Shown here: one piece after another, positions 36,900 to 45,954 of the stretch
How positions within the stretch are numbered: the stretch's first letter is position 1
How the letters are laid out: each line of letters opens with the position of its first letter
Virus record (IMG/VR): IMGVR_UViG_3300015242_000026
Location: 1 to 60,347 of that record
DNA length: 60,347 nucleotides
DNA from: a virus
Lineage: Duplodnaviria > Caudoviricetes
Direction: 5' to 3' (one strand)
Program-made: the position numbers and the translations under genes
The notes under the pieces: model-generated
What the model was told of the DNA's origin: nothing
What the model saw: only the letters and a program-made list of their open reading frames with translations
The model's database searches: none

Positions 36900-37802
36900 T
36901 CAGCAGGGGGCAGGAGCGGGCAGCGCATTGACGGCGAGTCGGCGCTGCTCGCTCGTAACGAGCGCATAGATCTTGGTGGTATTCGGGTTGGCGTGACCCA
37001 TCAATATCGACACCGTGAGTAGATCCGCGCCCGCGCCGCCCAGTTCCTTCGGCCGTAATAGCATCGTCGCGAATCGGCTACGGAATCGATGCATGGTGAT
37101 GTCAGGCATTCCGATCTTGTCGAAGCGGTACGCCATACGACTCGACATCTGATAGGCCGTCATCACCCGCCCCGACCCGAGCAGCGCGATCGGGCCGGGT
37201 GGTATGGCCCGCATTCGACGCCACAGGTCCGGATGCGTCTCGACGATCCGGGACTTGCCGCCTTTGCCCTGGTGGACCGCCAACTCGTCGGCGTTGACGT
37301 GACGGCGGTCGAGTGCCGCCACCTCGCAGGATCTCAGCCCGGCATAGGCGGCGAGCATCACGTACAGGTCCCATGGCGGCGCGAGCAGCGTCAATGCTTG
37401 CTGTAGCTCGTCCTCGGTGGCCGGACGGGGCAGACCGGCCTCGACCTTGGGGCGCATGAGGCCTGCCGAGGGGTCATGACCGATGCGCCCGGCCATGTCG
37501 CGGAAGAAACCCACGATGTGCGTGTAGTAGGTGCCGCGGGTCTGGGCAGACCAGGGGCATCGGCCGCGGGTACCGACCGGGCCGGCCTGGGCCAGCCAGT
37601 CCTCGAGGTCCTCGGTGGTGGCGTCGACCAGGCCGAGGGGTAGGTCCCGGTCGAGCCGCTCGAGCAGCTCACCGCGATCGGTGATGGTCCTCTCGGAGAG
37701 GTTGGCTCCCCGGCAGCGTCTCAGATGCGCTGTGATCATGTCATTCATGTTCGGTGACATTGCCGTCACTGACATTGCGGCGGTATCCGGGAGATTGGCC
37801 AT
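36900..37802 (-). CDS. int: Tyrosine integrase, short, with no apparent arm-binding domain
   Basis: AGLRSCE, GKGGKSR, HRFR, MGHA..TTKIY. Confidence 0.92.
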   Translation of the reverse strand: MANLPDTAAMSVTAMSPNMNDMITAHLRRCRGANLSERTITDRGELLERLDRDLPLGLVDATTEDLEDWLAQAGPVGTRGRCPWSAQTRGTYYTHIVGFFRDMAGRIGHDPSAGLMRPKVEAGLPRPATEDELQQALTLLAPPWDLYVMLAAYAGLRSCEVAALDRRHVNADELAVHQGKGGKSRIVETHPDLWRRMRAIPPGPIALLGSGRVMTAYQMSSRMAYRFDKIGMPDITMHRFRSRFATMLLRPKELGGAGADLLTVSILMGHANPNTTKIYALVTSEQRRLAVNALPAPAPC

Positions 37803-37803
37803 G

Positions 37804-38265
37804 TCAAGCCGCCACGGGTTCGGAGCGATCGATCGAAACGGCCCTGCGCCTGAGGCGCTGCCTGTTACCCGATGGGGTTAGTCCGTCTGGCCGGTCCGAC
37901 AGGGCCCGAACGGCTGGCCTAGGATACGGGTACGTAACTTTGATAGGCCGAACGGTTGGCCTTCCCTTGGCCGGAGTTAACGGCCCGCCGAACAAAAGCC
38001 ACTGCCGGTCGATGTCTAGGCAGTCGGCGACCCTGCCCGCGACGTCGATGATGTCTGCCGGTCGGCGACCGGCTTCCCAGGTGCTCCAGGTCGCGTAGTG
38101 CAGCTCGCACCGAGCTGCGGCTTCGCGGATCGTTAGCCCTTCGAGGCGTCGGGCGAGCACGAGTCGATTCGCGAACGTATCGCTCGGGATGCGCCCCTGT
38201 CGTTGCTGGTCAGATCCATCGAGCTTGGCCGGCAGCTCGCGGTCCCCAGAACTCGCGGTAGTCAT
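37804..38265 (-). CDS. Immunity repressor (XRE HTH) ending in VAA
   Basis: GLTIREAAARCELHYATWSTWEAG; divergent from cro; CACACT-N6-ATG. Confidence 0.85.
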   Translation of the reverse strand: MTTASSGDRELPAKLDGSDQQRQGRIPSDTFANRLVLARRLEGLTIREAAARCELHYATWSTWEAGRRPADIIDVAGRVADCLDIDRQWLLFGGPLTPAKGRPTVRPIKVTYPYPRPAVRALSDRPDGLTPSGNRQRLRRRAVSIDRSEPVAA

Positions 38266-38360
38266 GCCACGAGTGTGGCGTACGAGCAATATTGTTGGCA
38301 ATAAGTCCAGATGGATGATCGTATGAACGTGATGTGCCCGAACAGGTAACGACGTAGTCC

Positions 38361-38390
38361 TTGACTACACCGGTGCTCTTCCGCCAGCCT
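38361..38390 (+). promoter_or_regulatory. Putative rightward early promoter (leaderless cro)
   Basis: TTGACT-N18-CAGCCT-N7-GTG. Confidence 0.55.
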
Positions 38391-38397
38391 GTGTAGC

Positions 38398-38643
38398 GTG
38401 ACAGCTACACGAGAGCACATCGCAGGCGAGGTTCGCGCCGAGCTGGCCCGGCAAGGCAAGTCGCGCGCCTACCTCGTCGAACTCCTCAACCTCGAAGCCA
38501 GTGCCGTGAGCTGGAAGTTGCACGGCAAGCGCTCGTTCCGCGCCGAAGAGCTCGCGGCCATCGCCGCCGGGCTCGGCGTGCCCGTTACCCAGTTCACGGC
38601 CGTAGGGCGCCCTGCCGCACCCCGGCGCCGAGGTGCGGCATGA
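38398..38643 (+). CDS. cro: Cro-like HTH protein
   Basis: EVRAELARQG and IAAGLGVPV; first gene of the rightward arm. Confidence 0.8.
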   Translation: MTATREHIAGEVRAELARQGKSRAYLVELLNLEASAVSWKLHGKRSFRAEELAAIAAGLGVPVTQFTAVGRPAAPRRRGAA

Positions 38644-39158
38644 CCAACCTTGGATCTCCCGAGTACTCCCCGGCTGGCCGGGACCCTGTTGATGATCCTC
38701 TCCTGGGTGATCTTCGGGTGGTCGCTACAACCGGCCAGCCGGGGCCGGCGGCAGGCGAGTTTTGTCACCGCCACTTTTCTTGGTTGTGCCAGGCCGGGCA
38801 GGGCCAATGCCAGAGGTCGAACGCGACACCTCGTGTGTGGCTGGTGGCGGAGCAGCCGGGCCGTGAGGTTCTGAAGGTCAGGGACATCGATCTAGATCCG
38901 TGGCTGCGGAACGTTTCGGACGGCCCGTCGGAGTTGGACACCTGGTCGCCCGTGGGGGAGCCGGACACGGAGTTGCCCTGGCCTTCGTTGCTGGGTGAGT
39001 TCGGTCCGCTCACGGAAGAGCTTGGCCTGCCGTCGCTGTCGGGCCATGGTGCGGCGATGGTGTCTCCCGCTGTCGCCGTTGGGGGTGAGGCGGACCCGGG
39101 ACTTTCGCGGTCCGGGTCCGCCGACCCTCTCGATGAGCGTGAAGGGGCAGCGTCATGA
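38640..39158 (+). CDS. Hypothetical protein
   Basis: ATGA coupling on both sides. Confidence 0.55.
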   Translation: MTNLGSPEYSPAGRDPVDDPLLGDLRVVATTGQPGPAAGEFCHRHFSWLCQAGQGQCQRSNATPRVWLVAEQPGREVLKVRDIDLDPWLRNVSDGPSELDTWSPVGEPDTELPWPSLLGEFGPLTEELGLPSLSGHGAAMVSPAVAVGGEADPGLSRSGSADPLDEREGAAS

Positions 39159-39544
39159 CGGCCCCGGTCCAGGTCTCTGAGCGGGTCGCTGCTGGGGTGG
39201 CGTGGCTGGATGAGAACGTGCCTGGCTGGCCGGCGAAGATCGACCTGGACGAGCTGGACATGGGCAGTCCCAGTTGCTGCGTGCTCGGGCAGGTCTATGG
39301 CAGCTACTGGCGATCGCCGCTGGTCAGCCACGTTGACTGCGCTTGCGAAGAGTCCAGCATTGAATGCGCTCGGGACTGTGACGGCTTGTGCGGCGATGAG
39401 TGTGAATGCTCGCCGGAGTGCGACGACTCGGCTGCTCTTCCGCTCGGGTTCGCGGGCGATCCTTGGCTAACCAACTGCGGCCCTTGCCAGGCTGAGTGGG
39501 TCCGTGTCATCACGGCTCGTACTGCTGCTGCGGGTGTGTCGTGA
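39155..39544 (+). CDS. Hypothetical protein with a Cys/acidic insert
   Basis: AWLDENVPGW and CVLGQVYG. Confidence 0.7.
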   Translation: MTAPVQVSERVAAGVAWLDENVPGWPAKIDLDELDMGSPSCCVLGQVYGSYWRSPLVSHVDCACEESSIECARDCDGLCGDECECSPECDDSAALPLGFAGDPWLTNCGPCQAEWVRVITARTAAAGVS

Positions 39545-40419
39545 AGCGCCTGCTTTCGCTTGGCGCGGGTGTCCAATCGACCGTTCTTGCCTTGATGACC
39601 GCCGACGGCACGCTACCCATGATCGACGGCGCGATCTTCGCTGACACCGGCTGGGAACCGGCGCGGGTGTACGAGCATCTGTTCAAACTCCGCGACGTGC
39701 TGACGGCGGCCGGGGTTCCCCTGTACATCGTCGCGAACGGCGACCTGCGCCGGGACGCGATCAGCCCCGAGTACCGATACGCGAGCATCCCGTACTTCGT
39801 GCGCAACCCGGACGGCACGGAGGGAATGGGCCGACGGCAATGCACCTCGGAGTACAAACTGGCCCCAATTCGTAGGAAGGTCCGCGAACTACTCGGAGCC
39901 TCGGCACCGGACTTTAAACGCGTCCCGGCCGGCCACCGCGCCGAACAGTGGATCGGGTTCTCGACCGACGAGATCATCCGCGTCAGCGACAGCGACGTCC
40001 GCTACATCATCAACCGTCATCCGCTCCTTGAGCTGGGCATGTCCCGTACGGACTGCAAACGGTGGCTCGCCGCCCGGGGCTGGGGCAGCGTCGCAAAGAG
40101 CGCATGCATTGGTTGCCCGTACCACGGCAACGCGCAGTGGCGGGACATGCGCGACAACCGCCCGGAGGAGTTCGCCGACGCGGTCGCGTTCGATACGTCC
40201 ATCCGCAAGGGCGGCGCGCGCGGTCTGCCGCTCGATGGTGAGGCATTCCTCCACCGTTCCCGGCTTCCGCTGTCCATCGCCCCGATCGACAGGGTGACAC
40301 GCACGGAGTGGCGCGAGCGTCAGGGCGACCTGTTTGACCTGGACGAGGACGGCGACCCGGATGGCTGTTCGCCGTACGGCTGCCGCTCCGGCGTGCCCGT
40401 ACAGGCGGTGTCGTCATGA
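39541..40419 (+). CDS. PAPS-reductase-like PP-loop protein
   Basis: SLGAGVQS, FADTGWE, CTSEYK, KSACIGCPY. Confidence 0.8.
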   Translation: MKRLLSLGAGVQSTVLALMTADGTLPMIDGAIFADTGWEPARVYEHLFKLRDVLTAAGVPLYIVANGDLRRDAISPEYRYASIPYFVRNPDGTEGMGRRQCTSEYKLAPIRRKVRELLGASAPDFKRVPAGHRAEQWIGFSTDEIIRVSDSDVRYIINRHPLLELGMSRTDCKRWLAARGWGSVAKSACIGCPYHGNAQWRDMRDNRPEEFADAVAFDTSIRKGGARGLPLDGEAFLHRSRLPLSIAPIDRVTRTEWRERQGDLFDLDEDGDPDGCSPYGCRSGVPVQAVSS

Positions 40420-40934
40420 CGTTGAAACGTTCCTGGATGCCGCGGGCGAAGACACCGCTTCGGCGGTACACGGAGCTCCGCCGGTCTGCCGCAGCCACGG
40501 CAGCCGGTGTCGAGGGGTCCGCGGGTGGGGGTGCGACGGTGGGCAGGCCGCCCCGCCCGCGGACCGTCGCCGGGCATCGGCTTCCGGTCGCCGTGACGAA
40601 GGTCGTGTTCGACCGGTCGGGCGGGTGGTGCGAGATCGGACTGCCGGGTTGCGGGGTCCATGCGGTGCAGTCGCATCACCGGATTACGCAGAAGTCCGGC
40701 GGCCGGCACGGCGCCGCAGCGGCCCGGAGTGACCGCTGCTCGAACTTGCTCCATTCGTGCGTGTCGTGCCACGAGACGGTGACCCGTTCCCCGGCCTACT
40801 CGCGGCGGTTTGAGCACGGCTGGTCGCTGCTGGAGCACGAGGAACCGTCACAGATCCCGGTCCTGTACCGCGACCAGCTCGTGTACCTCGACGACGTCGG
40901 CGGCGTCATCGCCTACGAGACGGCTGGTGCGTGA
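40416..40934 (+). CDS. HNH-like endonuclease
   Basis: RSGGWCE, HHR, NLLHSCVSCH. Confidence 0.7.
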   Translation: MTLKRSWMPRAKTPLRRYTELRRSAAATAAGVEGSAGGGATVGRPPRPRTVAGHRLPVAVTKVVFDRSGGWCEIGLPGCGVHAVQSHHRITQKSGGRHGAAAARSDRCSNLLHSCVSCHETVTRSPAYSRRFEHGWSLLEHEEPSQIPVLYRDQLVYLDDVGGVIAYETAGA

Positions 40935-41143
40935 TGGCTACGAGCAGGGATTTGCAGAAGCTCGGAACGCCGTCGGGCGGCTTCGTTGTCGGCGATGGTG
41001 TCCCGCCGCGTGACCCGGCAGTGGCGGGTTTCGTGGGCAAACGCCGGGCTGTCCTCGGTGCCGTCCCTCACCCGGACGGGACCAGAGCTGAGCGGCGGGC
41101 GTGGGCGAAGGCGCAGCGCCGGAGCGGGAAAGCCGGTACCTGA
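40934..41143 (+). CDS. Hypothetical protein
   Basis: Coupled to upstream; TRAERRA motif. Confidence 0.5.
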   Translation: MATSRDLQKLGTPSGGFVVGDGVPPRDPAVAGFVGKRRAVLGAVPHPDGTRAERRAWAKAQRRSGKAGT

Positions 41144-41148
41144 AACGG

Positions 41149-41184
41149 GGCGAGTCCCTGGCGGGTGCAACGCCGGGGACTCGC
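41149..41184 (+). promoter_or_regulatory. Strong intergenic hairpin
   Basis: GCGAGTCCCTGGCG...CGCCGGGGACTCGC. Confidence 0.5.
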
Positions 41185-41222
41185 GAGCCAAAGACCTAGC
41201 TAATCGGGAGAGAAGACGGCAT

Positions 41223-41597
41223 ATGGCTATACGAATGGTACAGGAGTCGGACATCGAGGTGGAACGTGACCACGGACGCCGTGCGGCGCTGGTCGCCGGC
41301 CTGCGGGAGTTGGCTGACTTCTTCGCGGCTCACCCGGACTTCCCGATGCCCTACTGTCCGGATTTCACGCATTGCGTCTTGACCGACGACGACCAGGCGG
41401 GCATGGCGGAATTGACCGTGATCGCCGCAGGTCTTGGTCTGCCGGTCGACACCACGTCAAATCGCAATCCGGGCGTTGACCGGCAGTTCGGAGGCGTCGC
41501 ATATCGGGCGTTCTACGTGTCGAAGGAGTCGTCCCGCCGGCACCAGGCCGCTGCCACCTATGGCGGTTGCGTCGAGCCGGACGAGGTGGCGTCGTGA
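41223..41597 (+). CDS. Hypothetical protein
   Basis: AGLRELADFFAAHPDFPMP. Confidence 0.7.
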   Translation: MAIRMVQESDIEVERDHGRRAALVAGLRELADFFAAHPDFPMPYCPDFTHCVLTDDDQAGMAELTVIAAGLGLPVDTTSNRNPGVDRQFGGVAYRAFYVSKESSRRHQAAATYGGCVEPDEVAS

Positions 41598-41971
41598 CGT
41601 TCTGGGACACGCGGTCGACGGCGGTGTCTGACGACGGTCCGCCACCTGTGGGGTCGGCGGAGGTGGCTGAGCTGACCGGCCGACTCTTGCGGGAGCGGGA
41701 CGCGGCGTTAGAAGAGTTGGCGGCCGAGCGGCTGCGTTCGCAGTCGTTCATCGAAGAGCTGGACATCTCCCGGCAGGCCCCGCCTCCGGTGGCTCGGCTG
41801 GTGGCCGTACAGCGGCGGGAAGCCGGCCGGCACGCCGCTAACTGCGTCCGGCTCTCGGACCAGCTGGCAGATCTCCGCAGGGAGAACGAGCGGCTGGCCG
41901 TGGAGCTGGATGCGCTCGTACGTACGTACGCCCGCGCGCTCGGTTACGCCGACCCGGATGGTGTGTCGTGA
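41594..41971 (+). CDS. Coiled-coil hypothetical protein
   Basis: GTGA coupling. Confidence 0.6.
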   Translation: MTFWDTRSTAVSDDGPPPVGSAEVAELTGRLLRERDAALEELAAERLRSQSFIEELDISRQAPPPVARLVAVQRREAGRHAANCVRLSDQLADLRRENERLAVELDALVRTYARALGYADPDGVS

Positions 41972-42150
41972 CCGGCCCGGCGTGGGACGACCTGATGCGA
42001 CATGCCCAGGTCATCGCGGAGGAAAGGTCGCATGCCACCTGCCCGAAGCGGGCTTTTGTTCAGGGGAAACGTGATCCCAGCGGCATGTACAGCTGGGGCG
42101 TGTACTTGTTCCCCCGCCCGATCATCTCGCGGAGGGTGTGGCCGTCATGA
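41968..42150 (+). CDS. Hypothetical protein
   Basis: Coupled on both sides. Confidence 0.5.
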   Translation: MTGPAWDDLMRHAQVIAEERSHATCPKRAFVQGKRDPSGMYSWGVYLFPRPIISRRVWPS

Positions 42151-42410
42151 ACCGCTGGCTGCTGTTCCTGATCGTCGGCGGTCCGTTATGGCTGCTTTGC
42201 GCGTGGCACCTTTCCCGGGACCTCATGGAGTTCGTTGCGCGCCGCGTCCGGCTCCTCCACGAGAACAAGGCGAATGGGGGCCAGATTGACGCTGAAATCG
42301 AGCGGGCCCGGAAGTCGATCGAGCTGAACGACTTCGCTCTGTGGGAGTTGGAAACGTCGTCTGCGCGTTCGCGGCGCTGGACTCGGTTGCTTCGGCGGGT
42401 GGACCGGTGA
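42147..42410 (+). CDS. Membrane protein
   Basis: N-terminal TM; RBS GGAGG. Confidence 0.55.
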   Translation: MNRWLLFLIVGGPLWLLCAWHLSRDLMEFVARRVRLLHENKANGGQIDAEIERARKSIELNDFALWELETSSARSRRWTRLLRRVDR

Positions 42411-42754
42411 ACGCGGTGGCGGTGGCGATCGGGCTCTGTGCGCTGTGGGCCACGGTGTGGGCCGCGACGGTATCGATCGCCATCCGGAATGTCCGCCGTC
42501 GTGGCGATGACGTGCTCGCGGCGGTGGAGCAGCTGTCCGGGTGGCTCGCGGAGTCGCGGCCGGTCGCCCCGATACATCTACCGGCGGGCGCGTGGGACCT
42601 CCCACTGGATCCGTCCCTACCGGACATCCCTCAGGCCCCACCGGCGGGCCGGCTGGTCCATCCCGAACCGCTCGTTGATCCGGCGCTGGCCGATCCGGCC
42701 GGCCCTAAGCCGTGGGCCTATCCGAGCCGTCATCAGCATGGAGGTGTCTTGTGA
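42407..42754 (+). CDS. Membrane protein
   Basis: N-terminal TM; Pro-rich tail. Confidence 0.55.
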   Translation: MNAVAVAIGLCALWATVWAATVSIAIRNVRRRGDDVLAAVEQLSGWLAESRPVAPIHLPAGAWDLPLDPSLPDIPQAPPAGRLVHPEPLVDPALADPAGPKPWAYPSRHQHGGVL

Positions 42755-43167
42755 GTGCGGTTGGTGCTGTGTGGGCGGCGTTGCACGCCGGGCATCAGGT
42801 GGGTGACCACCTGGCGCAGACGGATCATCAGGCAGCGGGCAAAGCGGCCGCCAAGAACTGGGCGGGCCCGATGGGCGGGCATGTTGCCGGGTACACGGCG
42901 TGCCAGGTGGCGGCGTTGGCCGGGCTGCGGCTGGCTGGGGTACGGCTACGCCCTGGTCCTGTCGCTGCCGCTCTGGTGTTGTCTGCGGGTACGCACGCGT
43001 TCATCGACCGCAGGTGGCCGGTCCGTTGGGTTCTCCAACACACCGGCTCTCCGCAGTTCGCGGATTTGGCCGGGCACGGTTTGAACGGCCCGTATCTGGC
43101 TGACCAGGCTCTGCACACCGGAGTCCTGTATGTGGCGGCTCTGATCGCATCGAGGGGTGCCCGGTGA
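42751..43167 (+). CDS. DUF3307-like membrane protein
   Basis: HQVGDHLAQTD, THAFIDR, DQALH. Confidence 0.75.
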   Translation: MSAVGAVWAALHAGHQVGDHLAQTDHQAAGKAAAKNWAGPMGGHVAGYTACQVAALAGLRLAGVRLRPGPVAAALVLSAGTHAFIDRRWPVRWVLQHTGSPQFADLAGHGLNGPYLADQALHTGVLYVAALIASRGAR

Positions 43168-43580
43168 CCGCCGTACTAGCTGTGACTCACCGTCTGGTGG
43201 TGGTTGCCCCAGACCAGGGCTGGTTGACGTTGACGGAGCCACGGTCCGGGCGTGCCGAGTTGGGCAACCAGTGGATAGATGCAACGGCTTCTGCCGCCCG
43301 GGCCGCTGGCCTGCCGGCGTTGGGCCGGGTCCGAATCCGGATTGAGGCACGCCCCGACAAGGTCGCTTTCGACGGTCCGGGGATCCGGCGCGCGGAGGAC
43401 GTCCGGCCGACAGTGCACCGGGTAGGTGAGGGCCTGGAGGAGGCGGGGGTGCTCGCGGAGTGGAACCCTGCCGCCGTTCGTCAGGTCCTCGGCGAGGAGC
43501 TGATCCTCGGTACACCTACGGGCCCGGCCGGCGGTCGGGGCTACCTGATCATCACTTTCACGGAGGTGGATCGTGGCTGA
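43164..43580 (+). CDS. Degenerate RusA-like protein
   Basis: Size and pattern (EDVRPTV..GEGLEEAGVL) resemble RusA, with catalytic Asp positions altered. Confidence 0.4.
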   Translation: MTAVLAVTHRLVVVAPDQGWLTLTEPRSGRAELGNQWIDATASAARAAGLPALGRVRIRIEARPDKVAFDGPGIRRAEDVRPTVHRVGEGLEEAGVLAEWNPAAVRQVLGEELILGTPTGPAGGRGYLIITFTEVDRG

Positions 43581-43788
43581 TCATCAGTGTCCCGGTGGCT
43601 GCGGCCTGCCGATCGGCCGGCGGTGGTTGGCGTGTCGGGATGACTGGGTCCGGCTACCGGGGCCGCTGCAAGCCGCCCTGAATCATGCGTATCCGTCGCG
43701 GTTGCGGGATCCGCGGGCGCACCGTGCGGCCCTGGCTGCGTGTCTGTCGTGGTACCGAGCCAACCCTCGGGTGGTGGCCGGTGGCTGA
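43573..43788 (+). CDS. Small Cys-containing protein
   Basis: HQCPGGC and ACRDDW. Confidence 0.65.
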   Translation: MADHQCPGGCGLPIGRRWLACRDDWVRLPGPLQAALNHAYPSRLRDPRAHRAALAACLSWYRANPRVVAGG

Positions 43789-44011
43789 CGACGATGGGAT
43801 GCCGGAGGTGCCGCCGCGGGGGCGGTTCCGGATCAACTACGCCATCGAGCGTCAGGACGCCGGCGGCGACTTCATCGAGATTGGCTTCGGCGCGTCCTCG
43901 ACTTCGAGCAGCGTCAACTCGGCGGTCTACGACGTGCAATCCCAGATCCAGAACCGGGAATGGGAGACCTCGGACGACATGCCCGACCCGTCGGAGGTGG
44001 ACCATGGCTGA
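43781..44011 (+). CDS. Hypothetical protein
   Basis: Begins MADDDGMPEV. Confidence 0.65.
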   Translation: MADDDGMPEVPPRGRFRINYAIERQDAGGDFIEIGFGASSTSSSVNSAVYDVQSQIQNREWETSDDMPDPSEVDHG

Positions 44012-44270
44012 CGACGATCGGATGCCGCAGGTTGTGAGCACCGCGCAAGAGCATCTGGCCTGGTGTGTGGAACGAGCCATGGTCTACGCGGAGATGGGCG
44101 ATATGTCCCAGGCGTGGGCGTCCTTCGGGTCGGACTGCCGCAAACACGAGGGCACCGCTCACATTCCATTCCATCTGCTGTACGGCATGGAGATGGTCCG
44201 CCAGATCCAGTCCGGTGCGGGCGCTGAGGCGTTCAAGGACTTCGTCAGCGGCTGGAGTGTGACCGGATGA
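44004..44270 (+). CDS. Hypothetical protein
   Basis: Begins MADDDRMPQV; EHLAWCVERA. Confidence 0.7.
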   Translation: MADDDRMPQVVSTAQEHLAWCVERAMVYAEMGDMSQAWASFGSDCRKHEGTAHIPFHLLYGMEMVRQIQSGAGAEAFKDFVSGWSVTG

Positions 44271-45292
44271 GCACAAATAGCAGCATCGAGTGGACCGAGA
44301 CCACCTGGAATCCGCTCCTCGGCTGCTCCCGCGTGTCGCCGGGATGTGACCACTGCTACGCGATCAACACCGCCACCCTGCGCGCGGGCAACCCGCACCC
44401 GAAGGTTTCGGGCGCGTTCGCCGGGCTCACCGAACGTCGCGACGGCCGGCTCGACTGGACCGGTGCCGTCAACCTTCTCCCCGAACGGCTCGTCCAGCCG
44501 CTGAAATGGCGGAAACCTCGCCGGATCTTCGTGAACAGCCTGTCGGATTTGTTCCACGAGAGCGTCCCGGACGAGTACATCGCCCGGGTGTTCGCGGTCA
44601 TGGCCGCTACTCCGCAGCACACCTACCAGATCTTGACCAAGCGGCATGGCCGGATGCGCAACCTGCTTCGGGACGAGTGCCGGTGCGGTGGCGGCCACGC
44701 GCCCGGGGTGCACTTCCGGTCGTCGATGGTATGGGCGGCAACGCCGCACAGCGACTCGTACGTCCCGGGCCTGCCGCAGATCTCGAAGCTGCTGTTCGGC
44801 GGCTCTGGATGGCCGCTGCCGAACGTTTGGTTGGGCGTGAGCGTCGAGGACCAGAAGTGGGCCGACATTCGGGTACCGGTCCTGCTCGACACCCCCGCCG
44901 CTGTCCGCTGGCTGTCGTGCGAACCGCTACTCGGCCCCCTGGATCTCGCCGGCTGGGCCTACGACCAGGCGTCCCAATCCATCGATTGGGTTGTAGCCGG
45001 CGGTGAGTCCGGGCCCGGTGCGAGGCCGATGCTGCCCGACTGGGCCAGGTCACTCCGCGACCAGTGCGTTCAGGGCGGGGTGCCGTTCCTGTTCAAACAA
45101 TGGGGCAACTGGGCACCGAACGGCTCCCGCGGCATCGGCAACATCAACCCCCGTGAACGGCTCGTCGGGCAACCGGTCGGCGACATGGGTCACCTCGAGG
45201 TCATCGAACGGCTCGGCAAGAAAGCCGCCGGACGCCTGCTGGACGGCCGGACCTGGGACGAATACCCCAACCGGGAGGCCGACCGTGGATGA
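44267..45292 (+). CDS. Phage Gp37/Gp68 (DUF5131) protein
   Basis: IEWTETTWNP, CSRVSPGCDHCYA, SDLFHE, GGESG, FKQWG. Confidence 0.92.
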   Translation: MSTNSSIEWTETTWNPLLGCSRVSPGCDHCYAINTATLRAGNPHPKVSGAFAGLTERRDGRLDWTGAVNLLPERLVQPLKWRKPRRIFVNSLSDLFHESVPDEYIARVFAVMAATPQHTYQILTKRHGRMRNLLRDECRCGGGHAPGVHFRSSMVWAATPHSDSYVPGLPQISKLLFGGSGWPLPNVWLGVSVEDQKWADIRVPVLLDTPAAVRWLSCEPLLGPLDLAGWAYDQASQSIDWVVAGGESGPGARPMLPDWARSLRDQCVQGGVPFLFKQWGNWAPNGSRGIGNINPRERLVGQPVGDMGHLEVIERLGKKAAGRLLDGRTWDEYPNREADRG

Positions 45293-45551
45293 CCTTGCCT
45301 GGTTGGACCGGTCCGTCGCCGCGTGTACCGGCCATGATCCGGAGGATTTCTTTCCCTCTGAACGGTCCGAGGTTGATTCGTCGCAGCGGACAGAGAGAGC
45401 GAAGGCAATTTGCCGTCCCTGCCCGCTCCGCCGGCCGTGCCTCGGGCACGCCATGTCCCATCTCGAACTGCTGGGTGTGTGGGGTGCCACGACGACCAAG
45501 GAACGCAGGGACGAGCGCAAGAAGGCGACGAAGAAGTGGTGGCAGCGCTGA
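45285..45551 (+). CDS. whiB: WhiB-family transcription factor
   Basis: AAC..DPEDFFP, AKAICRPCPLRRPC, GVWGA. Confidence 0.9.
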   Translation: MDDLAWLDRSVAACTGHDPEDFFPSERSEVDSSQRTERAKAICRPCPLRRPCLGHAMSHLELLGVWGATTTKERRDERKKATKKWWQR

Positions 45552-45718
45552 TGGATCACAAACATTTGGCTGCGGGGCGGGAGACAACCCGAATCCGCCC
45601 GGCGGCGGGCCGCCGCCTGATCCGGGTCCGCCGCCGGCCTGCGAGGGCCAGGTGGACATGTTCGAGGTGTTCGCTGACCCAGCTGGTCGAGCACATCGAG
45701 AGCGCGGTGACGGCGTGA
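45551..45718 (+). CDS. Small CxxC protein
   Basis: Coupled to whiB and to the next gene. Confidence 0.45.
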   Translation: MDHKHLAAGRETTRIRPAAGRRLIRVRRRPARARWTCSRCSLTQLVEHIESAVTA

Positions 45719-45954
45719 AGCGCACGGGCGCCACCGTGCGCCGGCCGGTCCCGCACGTCTTCGTGCTGGACGAGGACATCCCACCGGACTGGAAGGGCAA
45801 GCGTTTCTGCCGGGCGGTGGCGCCAGACCAGCGGCCCGATGGAGGCCTCCGTCGCTGCGCTCTACCGGAGGGCGACTCTGTGCATGTCGCTGAGGCGGAG
45901 TTGGTGTCTGTGGTGGACGTGAAGGGCCGGATCCTCGGGGAGGGCGGCCGGTGA
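45715..45954 (+). CDS. Hypothetical protein
   Basis: GTGA coupling. Confidence 0.55.
   Translation: MKRTGATVRRPVPHVFVLDEDIPPDWKGKRFCRAVAPDQRPDGGLRRCALPEGDSVHVAEAELVSVVDVKGRILGEGGR

Noticed and set aside
37804-38000. tRNA-derived attP core
   Set aside because: No tRNA 3'-half sequence is visible on either strand.
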